A stretch of DNA of 64,000 bases from Eledone cirrhosa. Taxonomy: Eukaryota. Shown here piece by piece: positions 1-13,477 of the stretch (its first letter is position 1; every line of letters starts with the position of its first letter). The notes under the pieces are model-generated. The model did not search any database and was not told the DNA's origin. It saw only the letters and a list, made by a program, of their open reading frames with translations. The translations under genes were made by a program, and so were the position numbers. The stretch lies in NCBI GenBank assembly GCA_964016885.1, contig OZ024742.1:310744001-310808000 (forward strand), given 5' to 3'.

Positions 1-1671
1 ATTTTGTTTTTGGAGGGGGAAGGAAGAGAATTTTTTCTTTTTTGGTTTCTTTTTTTTTCCGGATATCGTTTCCCACTCTTCGTCGTCACAATCTGTCTCC
101 AGTTGTGATAGGCCGGGGAGTGGAAAATCCTCCACACCCGTTAGTTTTGGTTGTGGTGTCGTGGATGGTGTAGGCGCTGGTGCTAGGTCTGAAGCGTTGG
201 GTGGTGGTGGTGTTGGTTTTGCTACTGTTGCTGGGGTTGTTGCTGTTATAGTTGCTTCTGTTGTTGCTGCTACAGTTGTTGCTGCCATCTCTGCTACTGG
301 TGGTGTTGATGGTTGTGTCACTGGGGTGGGTAGGAGAGGTGGCCTCAACCTTTTAGCCTGAGGGCAGAAAGCCCTTAGGTGGGTTCCTTCACCACAAACG
401 ACACACCTAGGTCTTCTGCCCTCGACAATTACCGTGAGGTGGCTGCCGTCAGTGAGGTCTATTACCTCTGGGATCTCCTCAATGCTTTTTTGGTCCGCTT
501 GGATCAGGAGCTCCATCCCAGATCCGGACCAGTTTTCCTGCTTTTCTTTTGCTATTGCTATTATTTTCGTGTTGGCTTCGATGCCGGCGAGGACAGCCGC
601 TATTAGCCAGGGAATTTCGATGGCCGGTGGAACGTGGGTCACCCTGATCTTTACGAGTCTCTGGCCACAATAGCTTGGGACGAGTGTGAAGTCGTCACTT
701 TTTAATGGGGCCATGGAGTGTTCTCTAGCCTCCTCTGGTGTTTCAAAGAACACATCCACAGTTCCATACTTTTGCCCACGTCAGATGTGGGTTTTTCTTG
801 CCCACACATGTCCCAAAGCTTTTTGGATTTGGGACTCGGATGCCCGTTCCACTCGGCGCGATTTTACATTTATTATTCGATACGACACTGTGCATAGGCG
901 CCGATGCTCCATTTTATTAGGTGGGGGGGGCTGACCCTGTACCCATCTTTCTTTACCATTTGTTTGGCATTTTCTAAATCCTCCTGGGTTACCGTAAACG
1001 CTTCGAACTGCTTTGCTACCCTGGCGAAACTGAGGTGGGGGGGGGGGTTATAATGTCATTGTTGTTGTTGTTGCTATCGTTATTTGTGTTAATATTAATT
1101 TTTGTTTCAGTTGTGGTGGTGGTGACGTCAGTCGTCTTTGGTGGGGAAGAGTCCATTTTGCTTGATTTCATTTCGACATCACGAGTTAATTTATTTTTTT
1201 CTTCTTTTGTTTCTGTTGTCGCGGTGGTGGTGGTGGTGGTGGTTGTCGCGGTGGTGGTGGTGGTGGTGGAGGGTTTAACACCTGCAGTCATTGGTAATGG
1301 CGGGAAATGAATGTCTGCCTGAGACAAATTTAAAATATTGCTACTGCTTATATTTTTTTTTGTGTTGGCAAACGTAGTAACATTTACAATGGTGGTGTCG
1401 GTGTGAGGTGTTATTTTGTGAGGAAGGCTTTCAGCTGCTTCGTGCAGAGGGGAATTAGCCATTTTTTTTCAAAGAAATTTTTGGATAATAATAAAAGTTA
1501 AAATTTTGGGCACAAGGCCCCAATCTTTTTGGGTGTCCTTTTCGGAAAACAATGTATGTGTGCTTATAAACAGTTTACAATAAAATTTTCCATAAATGGC
1601 AATTTTTAAACAAACGGAAATAACAAACCTTTGCGGAGCTCACGATAATACGATTTCCTACGTAGGTCGCC
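1..1671 (-). mobile_element. 5' part (5'UTR + disrupted gag-like ORF1) of an L1/Tx1-like non-LTR retrotransposon, running off the left edge
   Basis: ATG at 1462 on the minus strand. The reading continues across frameshifts in the G-runs (~1040, ~925) and one TGA (~783) into ...GRRPRCVVCGEGTHLRAFCPQ, a CX2CX4HX4C zinc knuckle at 364-405, then a Pro/Thr-rich region and EEWETISGKKKR. The 5' end abuts (AAT)n at 1672. Confidence 0.75.

Positions 1672-1719
<48 letters not shown>
1672..1719. repeat. (AAT)n microsatellite, left part of the Dong target site
   Basis: Perfect AAT run. Further runs at 5676-5696 and 6165-6203. Confidence 0.95.
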
Positions 1720-1723
<4 letters not shown>

Positions 1724-4700
1724 CCCCGTGACCAAGAAATACCGGGATGGCGGCCGGCGGGGAATAGCCATGTCTCTAGGGGAGAACGACCCCTCTAGTC
1801 TTGGTTGACACTCGTTCTAGAAGTGGTAACACGAAATGATTACCCCTTGGCGGATAAGGATAAAACGCGACAAAATAAAGTAAATGTCTAATGATAAAAT
1901 CTCATACCGGATCGGCCGTCACCCGGGTAAAAAAGGGCCGCGTCCCTCAGAGAGGAACCAGACTGGGGTCGAAAAATCAGCTAATGGTTCAAACCTTCCC
2001 ATCACTTCGGAGCTGGAGACCTCCCATAACCGGAATACTCCTACTGTTGGCCCTCCATGCTCACCACCAAGAAATCCAAAGAAAAAGAGAGAAAAATGGT
2101 CAAGGGAAGATAATAAAGAAGTCCTTGAGGCTTTCTACACTGCCATGTACTACCCATCAAATACATCGAATACAGAACAAACATATATCAACTGGAAAAA
2201 GAAACATCCCGAAAACAGAGACTATATTGACAGTAACAAACTAGCCAATATACGAAGAAATATTGTAAGAAAAAAGTTACTAACTGATATAGAAATTGAT
2301 CAGATCAAGCTAGTAGCACAAAGTCAGCGAAGGGAAAATGAAGCATGTGTCAGTGAAAACGAGGTAAACTGTAACACTTCGAATCCCAGGGTTGGGGCGG
2401 AATCACTGGCAACAGAACAAATTAAAGAAAGGAGCGAAAAAGTGGAGGGAGTGCATGCTCAGGATGAAACTCCAAATGAAAATAATGAGATCGTAAATGA
2501 TAAAGAAATGAATGAGAATGAACTTGCCAACTTGAAGGATGAAATTATGATCGAATGGATGAAAATGAAAGAATCTGACATGGAGCAACGAGACACCCTC
2601 CCTAAGATCCAGAACTCCAAACAGAACCAAAAGATAATACACAAGACTAACATAATTCTCAAAAACATTATCATCACAAACAAACTAAACATTACTGACT
2701 TAAATCATCTTTATTATGCATCGGCTAAAGTCACCACTCACTTATGTGGAGTGAAGATGAAAAAACAAAGGAATTCCAACAAGAAATCTACTTGGCAAGA
2801 TAACATCAATCGCCAAATAAACCTTCTCCGATCTGACATAGACATTTTAACAAACTATAAAGTAGGTGAACATGTTAAACAAACTAAACTTAGAAAATTG
2901 TAAAAAAAGTACAGTATAAGATCAACATGTGACATAGACATGCTGATAGAAACAATCAAGCAAAAAGTGTCGGCCAAAGCTGCTCGTATAAGGCGCTTTG
3001 AAAAACGATCTAGATTCTATAAGGACAATAATATGTTCAAAAACAACCAAAGAAACTTCTACAGAAAAATTGGTAAGTCAACAATAACTGCTAAATCAAT
3101 ACCACCCAAGGAGGAAGTGCAAGAATTCTGGGAAAAGATCTGGGCCGAAGAAAAAGTTCATAACATACATGCCCCATGGATAGACAGACAAATGAAAGAA
3201 ACAGCTCACCTTGAAGAACAAACATGGGAAAATATAACAGTTGAACAGTTGCGCTTGGCTCTAAGAAAAACCAACAAATGGAAATCCCCAGGAAAAGACA
3301 AAATACAAAACTTTTGGATAAATGCCTTCACAGAGTCTCATGAGCTGTTAGCCCAACTTTACAATGAAATAGTTAAGGAGCCAGAAAAGATACCATCATG
3401 GCTAGTTAACGGCATTACATTCCTGCTACCGAAGAATGATGAGACAAACAATCCCAAAAATTACAGACCGATAACCTGCTTGACCACAATGTATAAAATT
3501 TTAACATCAGTCCTAACTGAATACACATATGACCACCTGATAACAAATGACCTATTTCCCATTGAGCAGAAAGGGTGTAAACGAGGTTCATATGGCTGTA
3601 AGGATCAGCTTCTGGTTAACAAAATGATACTGGAAGATTGTCATAATAGACACAAAAATCTATCGATTGCTTGGATAGATTATAAAAAAGCATTCGATAG
3701 TTTGCCACACAGTTGGATTGAAAAATGTTTAGAGATTTTCAAAATATCCCCCGTTGTCAGGAGGTTTTTGTCATTCAGTATGAAGACATGGAGAACGACA
3801 CTCCTTTTGAATAGTGAAACAAAATCACTGGAAGCTGGAGAAGTTAATATTAATTGTGGAATTTTTCAGGGTGACTCTTTATCACCGCTTTTATTCTGCA
3901 TCGCACTTATACCATTAAGTAAAATGCTCAATGAAACAAAACATGGATATAGAGTCTATGACAAAACCATTAATCACCTGTTCTACATGGATGACCTGAA
4001 ACTATTTGCAAAAAATGATGAACAATTGCAAGGGCTATTATCCACTGTGGAAGCAGTTCAGTGATGACATTAAAATGGAGTTTGGACTGGATAAATGCGC
4101 CAAAGCAACGTTCACCAGAGGAAAGCTGCTGAAGAGTTCAGACATTAATCTTGATCGGGGGAACGTGATAAGAGAGTTTCATCAAGAACAAACTTACAAA
4201 TATCTAGGTGTTTGTGAAGGAGACGGAATCAAGCACTCGACAATGAGGGAAAGGATAAGGAAGGAATGTTACCGCAGAGTCAGAGCAATCTTAAGAACGG
4301 AATTGAATGCAAGGAATAGGATCGATGCCATAAACACGCTTGCCATACCAGTAGTAACCTACAGTTACAATGTCATCAACTGGTCAAGCACAGAGATCCG
4401 TAGGCTCGATACAAAAATCCGAAAATTCTTAACCATGCACAGAATGCATCACCCTAAGGCAGACATAGATAGAATATATCTCCCTAGGAAAGAAGGAGGA
4501 CGTGGGTTAATCCAGTTAGACATTGCGTTGAAAACTGCAACAATTGGATTATCCACATATCTAAGGGAATCACATGATTGGATGATCAAACTCGTTTTGA
4601 AACACGAAAGCACCAAAAGATCATATTCCATTACAAAAGATGCACAAAGATACAGTAATGGACTACAAATTTCAGAAGTCCCATTTACTGCTGAAATGGA

Positions 4701-5675
4701 AAACACAGAAAAAGCAAAGCAGGTAAAAGTAACTGCAAAGAAAGAACTGCTACAGAAACTGGCTAAGAAATGGCAAGAAAAGCCTCTGTATGGAAAATAC
4801 CCAGAGCGAGCTAACAATCCTGATGTTGACAAAACTTTAACCCATCAGTGGTTGGCATCCTCTGGACTGAAATCGGAGACTGAAGGACTGATTATATCGG
4901 CACAAGATCAGTGTCTGCCAACAAAAAATTACCAAGCCAACATAATAAAAAATGGGTGCAGCCCATTATGCCGTGTATGCAAAAAACAACCAGAGACCAT
5001 TGACCATATAATTTCAATGTGCAGTCCTATAGCTCCAACCGAATACCTAAACAGGCATGACAGAGCTGCACAATACATACATTGGATAATGTGTAAGCAT
5101 TTTGACCTGCCCCATCAAAAGAATTGGTGGGAGCATCAACCACCTCCCATACTTGAAAAAGATCACATCTCAATCTTGTAGAACTTTAGCATCCAAACAG
5201 ACCGAAAAATAGATGCAAATAGACCTGATATAATATTGAAGGACTTTAAAAAGAGGGTATGCCTGCTAATTGATATGTCTGTTCCAATAGACAAGAATGT
5301 ATCTATAAAAACATTTGAAACATTGAGCAAGTATAAGGACCTGGAGATAGAAATTGGAAAAATGTGGAAATTGAGAACTAAAACAATACCAGTGGTTGTA
5401 GGCGCTCTGGGAATGATACCTAAGGGGTCTAACGACTACTTATCGCAAATCCCAGGAAACCCGCGTATAGGAGAAATATAAAAGATAGTACTAATGGGAA
5501 CTGCCCATATACTAAGGAAGATCCTGTCAATATAAGTACATCACAAGTCTAAACACTAAGGATGCATGTGTGAATATGTATGTTCTTTCTTGAACATGGC
5601 GGACCTTGTTGTCTCTTGAGGTCACTGGTTGTGACTTGGTGATAACTCGTATGAACATAAAGCAAGATAAATGCA
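1720..5675 (+). mobile_element. Near full-length R4-clade (Dong-like) non-LTR retrotransposon, RT + CCHC finger + restriction-like endonuclease, disrupted
   Basis: ORF pieces 1884-2903, 2940-4064, 4006-5181, 5236-5481 join into one ORF. RT motifs: WIDYKKAFDS, GIFQGDSLSPLLF, YMDDLKL. C-terminus: CRVC..ETIDHIISMC, RHD, RPDII..LIDMSVP. Premature stops at 2901, 5179, 5479 and a frameshift near 4045. Flanked by (AAT)n on both sides. Confidence 0.92.
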
Positions 5676-5697
5676 AATAATAATAATAATAATAATG

Positions 5698-6162
5698 GAT
5701 GCAAATGGACCTGATATAATATTGAAGGACTTTAAAAAGAGGGTATGCCTGCTAATTGATATGTCCGTTCCAATAGACAAGAATGTATCTATAAAAACAT
5801 TTGAAAAATTGAGCAAAAATTGACCTGGAGATATAAATTGGAAAAATGTGGAAATTGAGAACTAAAACAATACCAGTGGTTGTAGGCGCTCTGGGAATGA
5901 TACCTAAGGGGTCTAATGATTACTTATCGCAAATCCCAGGAAACCCGCGTATAGGAGAAATACAAAAGATAGTACTAATGGGAACTGCCCATATACTAAG
6001 GAAGATTCTGTCAATATAAGTACATCACAAGTCTAAACACTAAAGATGCATGTGTGAGTATGTATGTTCTTTCTTGAACATGGCGGACCTTGTTGTCTCT
6101 TGAGGTCACTGGTTGTGACTTGGTGATAACTCGTATGAACATAAAGCAAGATAAATGCAACT

Positions 6163-6164
<2 letters not shown>
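5698..6164 (+). mobile_element. Second, 5'-truncated copy of the same Dong-like element (end of the endonuclease domain + 3'UTR)
   Basis: Near-identical to 5212-5675. Has CAA where copy 1 has the TAA stop at 5479. Followed by (AAT)n. Confidence 0.92.
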
Positions 6165-6202
<38 letters not shown>

Positions 6203-6205
<3 letters not shown>

Positions 6206-6470
6206 TTTCTTTATTGGCCACAAGGGCTGACATCAAGAAAAACATTACAGGCGGTACAGGACGGTACGATGTGGGTTTTGTGCGTGTAAATATTTTTATT
6301 ATTTATATTAGAAAAGAAAAAAAAAGACATAGAAACATATATATATATATAAACAATAAAAATAAAAATTGAAACAATGAAAAATTTCCCAATAGGGGGG
6401 AAACAGAGGGTTACTCGTGGCGAAAACCACACAAAAGACCACGGCCACCCCGACCACCGAAAGGATTCCT
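6203..6470 (-). mobile_element. 3' end of a LINE-like element with AATAAA and an (ATT)n tail
   Basis: Minus strand ends ...cccttgtggccAATAAAgaaatc(att)n, preceded by a pyrimidine-rich 3'UTR-like stretch. Confidence 0.5.
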
Positions 6471-6852
6471 AATTGCAAGGCAGGACCAGAGTCTACCTAC
6501 CAGAAACTACCAGAAGTGTATAATGAAACAAAGCACTATAAGTAACTGTAGAATATTTGGAGATAGGGACGAAACAATCAACCACATAGTCTCTGGATAC
6601 CCAGCACTAGCCAAAAAAACAATATATCCACAGGTATGATAGATTTGGGAACTTTATAGACGGGAAATTATGCCAGCATTATGAAATACCAACAGAAAAA
6701 AAGATGGTACAAACACACACCAGAAAAAGTGTAATAGAATGACAAAGCAACCATTCTCTGAGATATGCCAATACATACAGACAGAGAGATCAAGTCCAGG
6801 CGACCAGATATTATAGTAAAAAACCACAAAGAAAACAAATGCCTTAATTTCT
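6471..6852 (+). pseudogene. Decayed endonuclease-domain fragment of an older R4/Dong-family element
   Basis: With shifts and stops it translates to QDQSLPTRNYQ..CRIFGDRDETINHIVSG..RYD..KLCQHYEIP..RRPDIIVKN, collinear with the C-terminus of the 1720-5675 element. Confidence 0.75.
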
Positions 6853-7470
6853 TCCCTCAACCCTATTAGCTATTTTCTATAGACTAGTCAAGATCTTTTA
6901 ATAATTTTTTTTTCTTTTTTCCTTCTTCCCCACTGCAGCTTATAATTGATGAATTAATTGAAGACTGTATACCTTGGTCTCCAATACACTACCTAACATA
7001 TACTCTACCAATTTCACTTAACTTTCGCAGGTTATAATTTAATGTTGAGATTAGGCCCGTCCAGCGTCTTTTACAGCTATTGAGAGATAGAGAGTTGATA
7101 GTTTTATGAGGACGATAGCAGCGAGCGTGTTTTGGCTGCTTAATCTTCATATGGGGACAAAACTCTAGTGAGTGAACATCGTTAAATTTTATCCCTCATA
7201 TCAAGGATTTAAAGACAATTCATTCTCACCTGACAAGATCAGTGATAATCGATCATGGCCGCACAATCGATCTATTGAAACATGTGTCGTGATTAAAATG
7301 ATTGGAAATTTATACCATGCCTTCGGATCTTTATTTTTATACAAATACTCCGTTTAACATCATCTAGCTGTTCCCATAAATGGAATTGGAGATATACAAA
7401 AGCGTGGAGAACTTAATATTGCTAACAAAAGTTTATTGGACCGTATGACACAACCAATAATACACCTTAC

Positions 7471-7546
<76 letters not shown>

Positions 7547-7569
7547 TTTTATTATGGATAAATAGTGAG

Positions 7570-7612
7570 TCTTGTTACTCAGGTGTTTCGTCCACAGGGC
7601 CATCAGACAAGA
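7570..7612 (-). ncRNA. Degenerate type I hammerhead motif inside a ~90-bp fold-back (7565-7655)
   Basis: Minus strand: tcttgt CTGATG(g) ccctgtggac GAAA cacctgag TA acaaga. Stem I tcttgt/acaaga is perfect; the core lacks A9. Confidence 0.5.
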
Positions 7613-7701
7613 ACCCTGTGGTAAATAGGCGAAACTCCAGAGTAATAAGAGTCACTATTTAGCCATAATAAAATGAATATTTAAACTCTACTCTGTATTG
7701 A

Positions 7702-7778
<77 letters not shown>

Positions 7779-7888
7779 CATATATATATATATGGCAACA
7801 TGAATGATGGACCTGTTATTTTTATCTAAAGACATTTTTTCCAATTTCACCCCACCCATCCCTTCAATCTGTCTAATTTATCATTCTT

Positions 7889-7924
7889 TCTTCTGATGAA
7901 GGACTAGCGTCCGAAACGTTAAGA
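7889..7924 (+). ncRNA. Minimal type I hammerhead ribozyme (PLE-type)
   Basis: tctt CTGATGA a ggac tagc gtcc GAA ACGT T aaga. Intact cores, stem II ggac/gtcc, palindromic ACGT in stem III, stem I tctt/aaga. Confidence 0.75.
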
Positions 7925-7990
7925 CCCTCTTCCTACTATTTCAAGCGTTAACCTAATATATTTCTTCCATGTACTGTACCGATTGTGCTG

Positions 7991-8030
<40 letters not shown>

Positions 8031-8253
8031 AACTGGAACTAGCTGTTAAAATGTCAAGAGCTTAGCTGTCGGGGTCCCGACTCTTTCATGTTACTATGCT
8101 CTACTACCCCAAGTATCGAGTACTCTGGTGAGTAATGGTCTAACCAGTTTCTTACTGAATCCATTTACATAATTATATATATATATACATGTTATGTATA
8201 TATAATTATATATGTATATATATATATATATAGATGTTATGTATATATAATTA

Positions 8254-8296
<43 letters not shown>

Positions 8297-8314
8297 GTTA
8301 TGTATATATAATTA

Positions 8315-8370
<56 letters not shown>

Positions 8371-8659
8371 TGCACCATGCGATGATAGTCTGATAGACTG
8401 TATCTGCTTGATAATAATATTAATAATGTTTCTCTTAAATACCGCCAAGAATGTATATCATCACGATTCACTTGTTATGTCTTAAGTCGCCCCATTTTGT
8501 CTTAGCCCCACTTCTTTTTTCATTCGTATTTTTAAGCTTTGCTTTAAGACATATCAATCTTTCGGTTCGTTTCGGTTCTAGCTTCTCGTTTTTCCACTAA
8601 TTATTTTCTCACGTACTTGTTTTACACCCCATAAACGGTAACCACTCCCATTACTTACT

Positions 8660-8712
8660 TCTTTCTCTCTTTCTTCTTCTTGATCTCTCTCTCTATCTCT
8701 CTCTCCCTCTCT

Positions 8713-8766
<54 letters not shown>

Positions 8767-8866
8767 TCATTTTCATAATTAATATTTCAGAATATCACTA
8801 TTTACATCTCTATCTGTATTTCACAATTTCCATCCCACTCACTTTCTCTCAACATATTTCTCACTC

Positions 8867-8913
<47 letters not shown>

Positions 8914-9504
8914 CCCTCTCTCTCTCTCCCTCTCTCTCTTTCTTCCTCCCTCTCTCTCTCTTTCTCTCTTACTTTCGTAATCTCTCATATTCTGTTTCTC
9001 TTTTCTTCCTCTCTTTTATATGTTCTTTTTCTCTAACTACTCTCCTTCGCTATCCCTCTTCTCTCTCCCCCCTCTCTCTCTTCCCCTTCCCCTCCTCCTC
9101 TTTCTCTCTCTCTCTTCTCTCTCACCTCCTGTCCCCTGCTTCTCCCTCTTTCTCTCCTCCTCTCTTCTTTCTCTCTCCTCTCTCACTCTTCATTATATCT
9201 CCCCTTCTTTCTCCCCCTCCTCCTCTCTCTATCTTTCCCACACACAAATGTACACATACCCACTCACTCACAGAGGTTCAGTACGTCTCTTCTATAAATT
9301 TCTTAATGAGCCGTTGCTGGAATAGGTGACTTATGGCCGAAAGACTCTTTGGGATAATATCACTGATAGAATATTTTAATCTATTTTTTAAGTGATGGAG
9401 TTTCTTTTTTATATAAAATTGTAATGGAAGATATATGATAGAAGAACACTCAAACACACTCACATATATATATATGCATGTATGTGTGTAAGTATGTATG
9501 TATG

Positions 9505-9549
<45 letters not shown>

Positions 9550-9833
9550 GTGTGTGTGTGTGTGTACATATGTATATATACATATGTATATTTGTATATA
9601 TGTGTATATGTATATGTACATATATATATATATTTACATATGTATATATATGTAGATGTACATATGTGTATAAATGTACATATGTATATATATATATATG
9701 TATATGCATATATATGCATATGCATATATATGTACATATGCATATATATGTATATGTATATATATATGTATATATATATATGTATATGTACATGTGTATA
9801 TATGTACATACGTGTGTATATATGTACATATGC

Positions 9834-9875
<42 letters not shown>

Positions 9876-9905
9876 GTACATATATACACATATGTATATA
9901 TACAC

Positions 9906-9979
<74 letters not shown>

Positions 9980-10057
9980 ATACCTCACAACCGCCTCAAG
10001 GCATCGGATGGCTCAACAAGAACAACAACATAACTGTGTGTGGGTGGGTGTGGGTGT

Positions 10058-10102
<45 letters not shown>

Positions 10103-10200
10103 TCTGTGTGTACACACACACAGAGACACACACACACACAAACACACACGCACACACATACACACGCACACACACACACACACACACACAACACACACTG
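8660..10200. repeat. Compound microsatellite block (CT)n/(CTAT)n, (TA)n/(TATG)n, (GT)n/(CA)n
   Basis: Direct reading. Source of the spurious YIYI/CVCV ORFs. Confidence 0.95.
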
Positions 10201-10589
10201 TGCGAGTGCGTGTGTTTATTTAGGAGTTTGGCAATTAGTATGTTAGATCAATTCAGTACTCAACTTTTAGGATCCCGCAACGATGAAAAGTAATGTTTTA
10301 ACCTCAGTGTGATTTGAACTCAAAACTAAGAAAGCCAGAATAAATACCACAAGATATGTTGTTATATGCTAGACCTGGCATCTCTGTTGGTCCGATGAGG
10401 AGATCTCCCACCCACTTTAGTGAGGGTGAGAGATATCGTCTCTTGTGAAAATGGGTATAGCTTTCATTATGTAAAATCTCCCAATGTTGCCTCATTTCTC
10501 CCCATTGATCTCAGTGTGATTTGAACTCAGGAATTAAAGGGTGGTTACTAAATGCAACAAGACAATCTCTCTCGTTTCAAATTCTTTAA

Positions 10590-10800
10590 TATAATGGTTT
10601 CTGATATAGACACAAGGCCAGCAATTTGTTATTTTTTTGGTGGGGGGGGGTCGATTATATCGACCCCAGTACGTGACTGGTACTTTATTTTATCGACCCT
10701 CTTAGCAAACTAACCTCGACGGGATTTGAATATCAAAAGGTTTAAGACCGTAACTCAATGCCACGAAGCATGTTGTTCGACGCTCTACCGATACTGCCAA
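10590..10800 (-). mobile_element. tRNA-derived SINE (octopod-like family), older variant
   Basis: Reverse complement reads ttggcagtatcggtagagcgtcg...tcaaatcccgtcgagg...gtcgataaaataaagtaccag...ggccttgtgtc. Confidence 0.8.
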
Positions 10801-12107
10801 TGTACTGCATATAATGTAGAATTAATGTAGTTGATTGACAAAATTTGAACGTCAAGGTTTAATTAGTTATATTTCGCTTTGCCTTGAATTCAAATCTCGT
10901 TGAGACCAACATTACATATAACCAATCACTGCTATCCCTGTGAATGACTATATCCCTCGCCACATTTGATGTCTTAAAAGAAATGCTACATAAGAGTTTC
11001 AAGCGTTATATTTCACAATCCTTGGACCCTCGGACAAATATCTAAAGCCTGGTATTGGGTTACGTGGTTTTACCCTATTTCAAATTTCATCAATTTTGAC
11101 TTTTTCTTACGTACAATTCCGATAAAAACCAAAAACACTTAAATAGTCTATAGTGTTAATTGACTGTAGATCCCCATTAAACATTACTTTTATATAACCG
11201 TATTATTTCTTTGCGTGTGTGGGCAAATAAAACCTTACAGTTCTATTTCATTCTATACGATTCTTTTCACATGGTATTCTTCTACTAAAAGCACACTCAA
11301 CATTATTTATTATATGTACTAATATGTACTGATATCTTTTTTCAACGCGCAATTTTCATTTGACCCCTCCCCGACTCTACATAGCGCCTGCCGTAATCAT
11401 AAAGAAAATTAAAACTGAAATGGAAAAGTACTGAATTATTTTCTGTGGTTTATATCAATGTCATATACAAATACACAATTTTTCTAAACTATATATAGGA
11501 CAATAAAGCAATTGAATGTTCATCACCATCAACATATTAACGGTATTAGAAATAAACAAAATGAAAGACACACAGTTATATCTGGGATCTACAACGTAAA
11601 ATGAAAAATATTAACAATAGCTAAATCATACAATCATATATGGGCAACTGCAAACATTATAACTTATGTACATTTGAATGCTTAGAAATACGACGCACAT
11701 AACTCCACACAAAAAGATTCGCCTTCTTCCCCTTTCAAAAGACATATTAATTATGTTTGGCTGCGAGGCAAACCGGATGAGGGGAGGTAACGTTGCTCTA
11801 AGGAAGACTAGACACCCGAGAAAGTTGAATTTCATTTGATGATATCCCGTGGTGTTGGTAACTTGCATATTGTGCAATAGTGAGACCATTACCAAACCAG
11901 ACAGTCAAACTCACTCGAGTTCCCGGTCCACATTAGGTTCCGATGTTCTTCACAGAGGGGATGGAGGAGATAGATAAAAGGTAAACCAGGTCAGATGGGC
12001 AGTTCAAGTTTCGGCCTCCAAACTTCGCCAGAACTGACAAGTGAGTTCATCGCAGCGACGAATGGCGACGTCAATATTTCTATATACACATTTTTTTCTT
12101 ATATATA

Positions 12108-12501
12108 CAGACCTACCAACCTCGAAAAACCACAAACGGTGAGTGCCCTAAAAAACTGCCCCAAAACGGGGAGAAAGGAGGCAAAATGGGGAGGTTTTAA
12201 CATAATTGTTTCTACGTTAGGCACAAGGCCAGCAATTACCCAGTGCATTACTGGTACTTTATTTTATCGACCCCGTAAGGATGAAAGGCAAAGTCAACCT
12301 CGGCGGGATTTGAACTCAGATGGTAAAGGGACGTAACTATGCTGGAAAGCATGGCGTCCGATCCTCTACCGATACTGCCAATCCACCGCAGGTTTTAACA
12401 TAATGAAAGCTATACCTATTTTCATAAGAGAAGACATCTCTCATCCACTCCAAAGTGGATGGGAGATCTCCCCCGTCGGGCGGGGAGGGTTGACAGATCT
12501 G
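12108..12501 (+). mobile_element. hAT-like MITE (TIR CAGACCT...AGRTCTG, 6-bp TSD tatata) with a nested SINE
   Basis: TSD at 12102-12107 and 12502-12507. Related copies at 10370-10510, 13078-13477, ~23780-23972 and 32444-32604. Confidence 0.75.
12203..12389 (-). mobile_element. tRNA-derived SINE with a 15-bp TSD aggttttaacataat
   Basis: A-box TGGCAGTATCGG, B-box GAGTTCAAATCC on the minus strand. TSD at 12192-12206 and 12390-12404. Confidence 0.88.
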
Positions 12502-13077
12502 TATATAGGATGCTTGTGCATGAGCCACGCATCACGAGCTACTCATCTACTTCAACCCATATTGCTTTATTACCAACGCCTATTTTCTTCATTCTCTTAA
12601 TTCTTCCCCGTCACACTTCCAGACCCTTACTTTTATCCATTTTAGCGTATTTTATATATTGTATATTACTTTGAATCAACCTGTTATAATTATTCTAAAC
12701 AACCCGAAATTAATTTAATTTTTTAATTACTTAAGTTAAGTGCTTTAAATTATTTGCGTACAGATTCTAAAACATATCTGTGTGGGCCTCGTTTTTCGTT
12801 CATTTCTTAGTTAAGGTTAATTGTCATCCTTCTTTACAGATGAACAGAACATATTTTCCTCACTACTCCATTTTGCTATTTCTTTCTTTCTATAACATTT
12901 TACAATTTTAATTAGATTAAATAAACATAAATTTTTAAATGTATTTTGAAAAATATTTTAAATACACTTTTTACCTTGTACATTACTCGAATTACTTTAT
13001 TTGAAATATTTTTCATAACATTAAATTATTTTAATTATTTTAATGACTAGTTATAAGTAATACACTTTAAAATATAA

Positions 13078-13477
13078 CAGACCTGATAACTCTCTCCGTC
13101 CGACGGGGAGATCTTCCATCCACTTTGGGGTGGGTGAGAGATGTCTTCTCCTTATGAAAATAGGTATAGCTTTCATTATGTAAAATCTCTAGGGCAGTAT
13201 CGGTAGAGAGTATTGGCAGTATCGGTAGAGAGTCGGACGCCATGCTTTCCAGCATAGTTACTTCCCTTTACGGTCTGAGTTCAAATCCCGTCGAGGTTAA
13301 CTTTGTCTTTCATCCTTACGGGGTCGATAAAATAAAGTACCAGTAATGTATTGGGTAATTGCTGGCCTTGTGCCTAAAGTAGAAACAATTATGTAAAATT
13401 TGCCTCATTTCTCCCCGTTTTGGGGCAGTTTTTTTAATGGTACTCCCCGTTTGGATTTTTAGAGGTTACAAGGTCTT
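13078..13477 (-). mobile_element. Second hAT-like MITE copy (TSD atataa) with a nested plus-strand SINE at ~13193-13391
   Basis: TSD at 13072-13077 and 13478-13483. The SINE is flanked by attatgtaaaat on both sides. Confidence 0.78.

Noticed and set aside
1720-1883. HDV-like ribozyme in the Dong/R4 5'UTR
   Set aside because: The region is GC-rich with partial hairpins, but I could not assemble the nested double pseudoknot by eye. It needs an RNArobo/Infernal search.
6654-6860. Hydrophobic 68-aa minus-strand ORF as a membrane protein
   Set aside because: It is the antisense of the decayed R4 endonuclease fragment.
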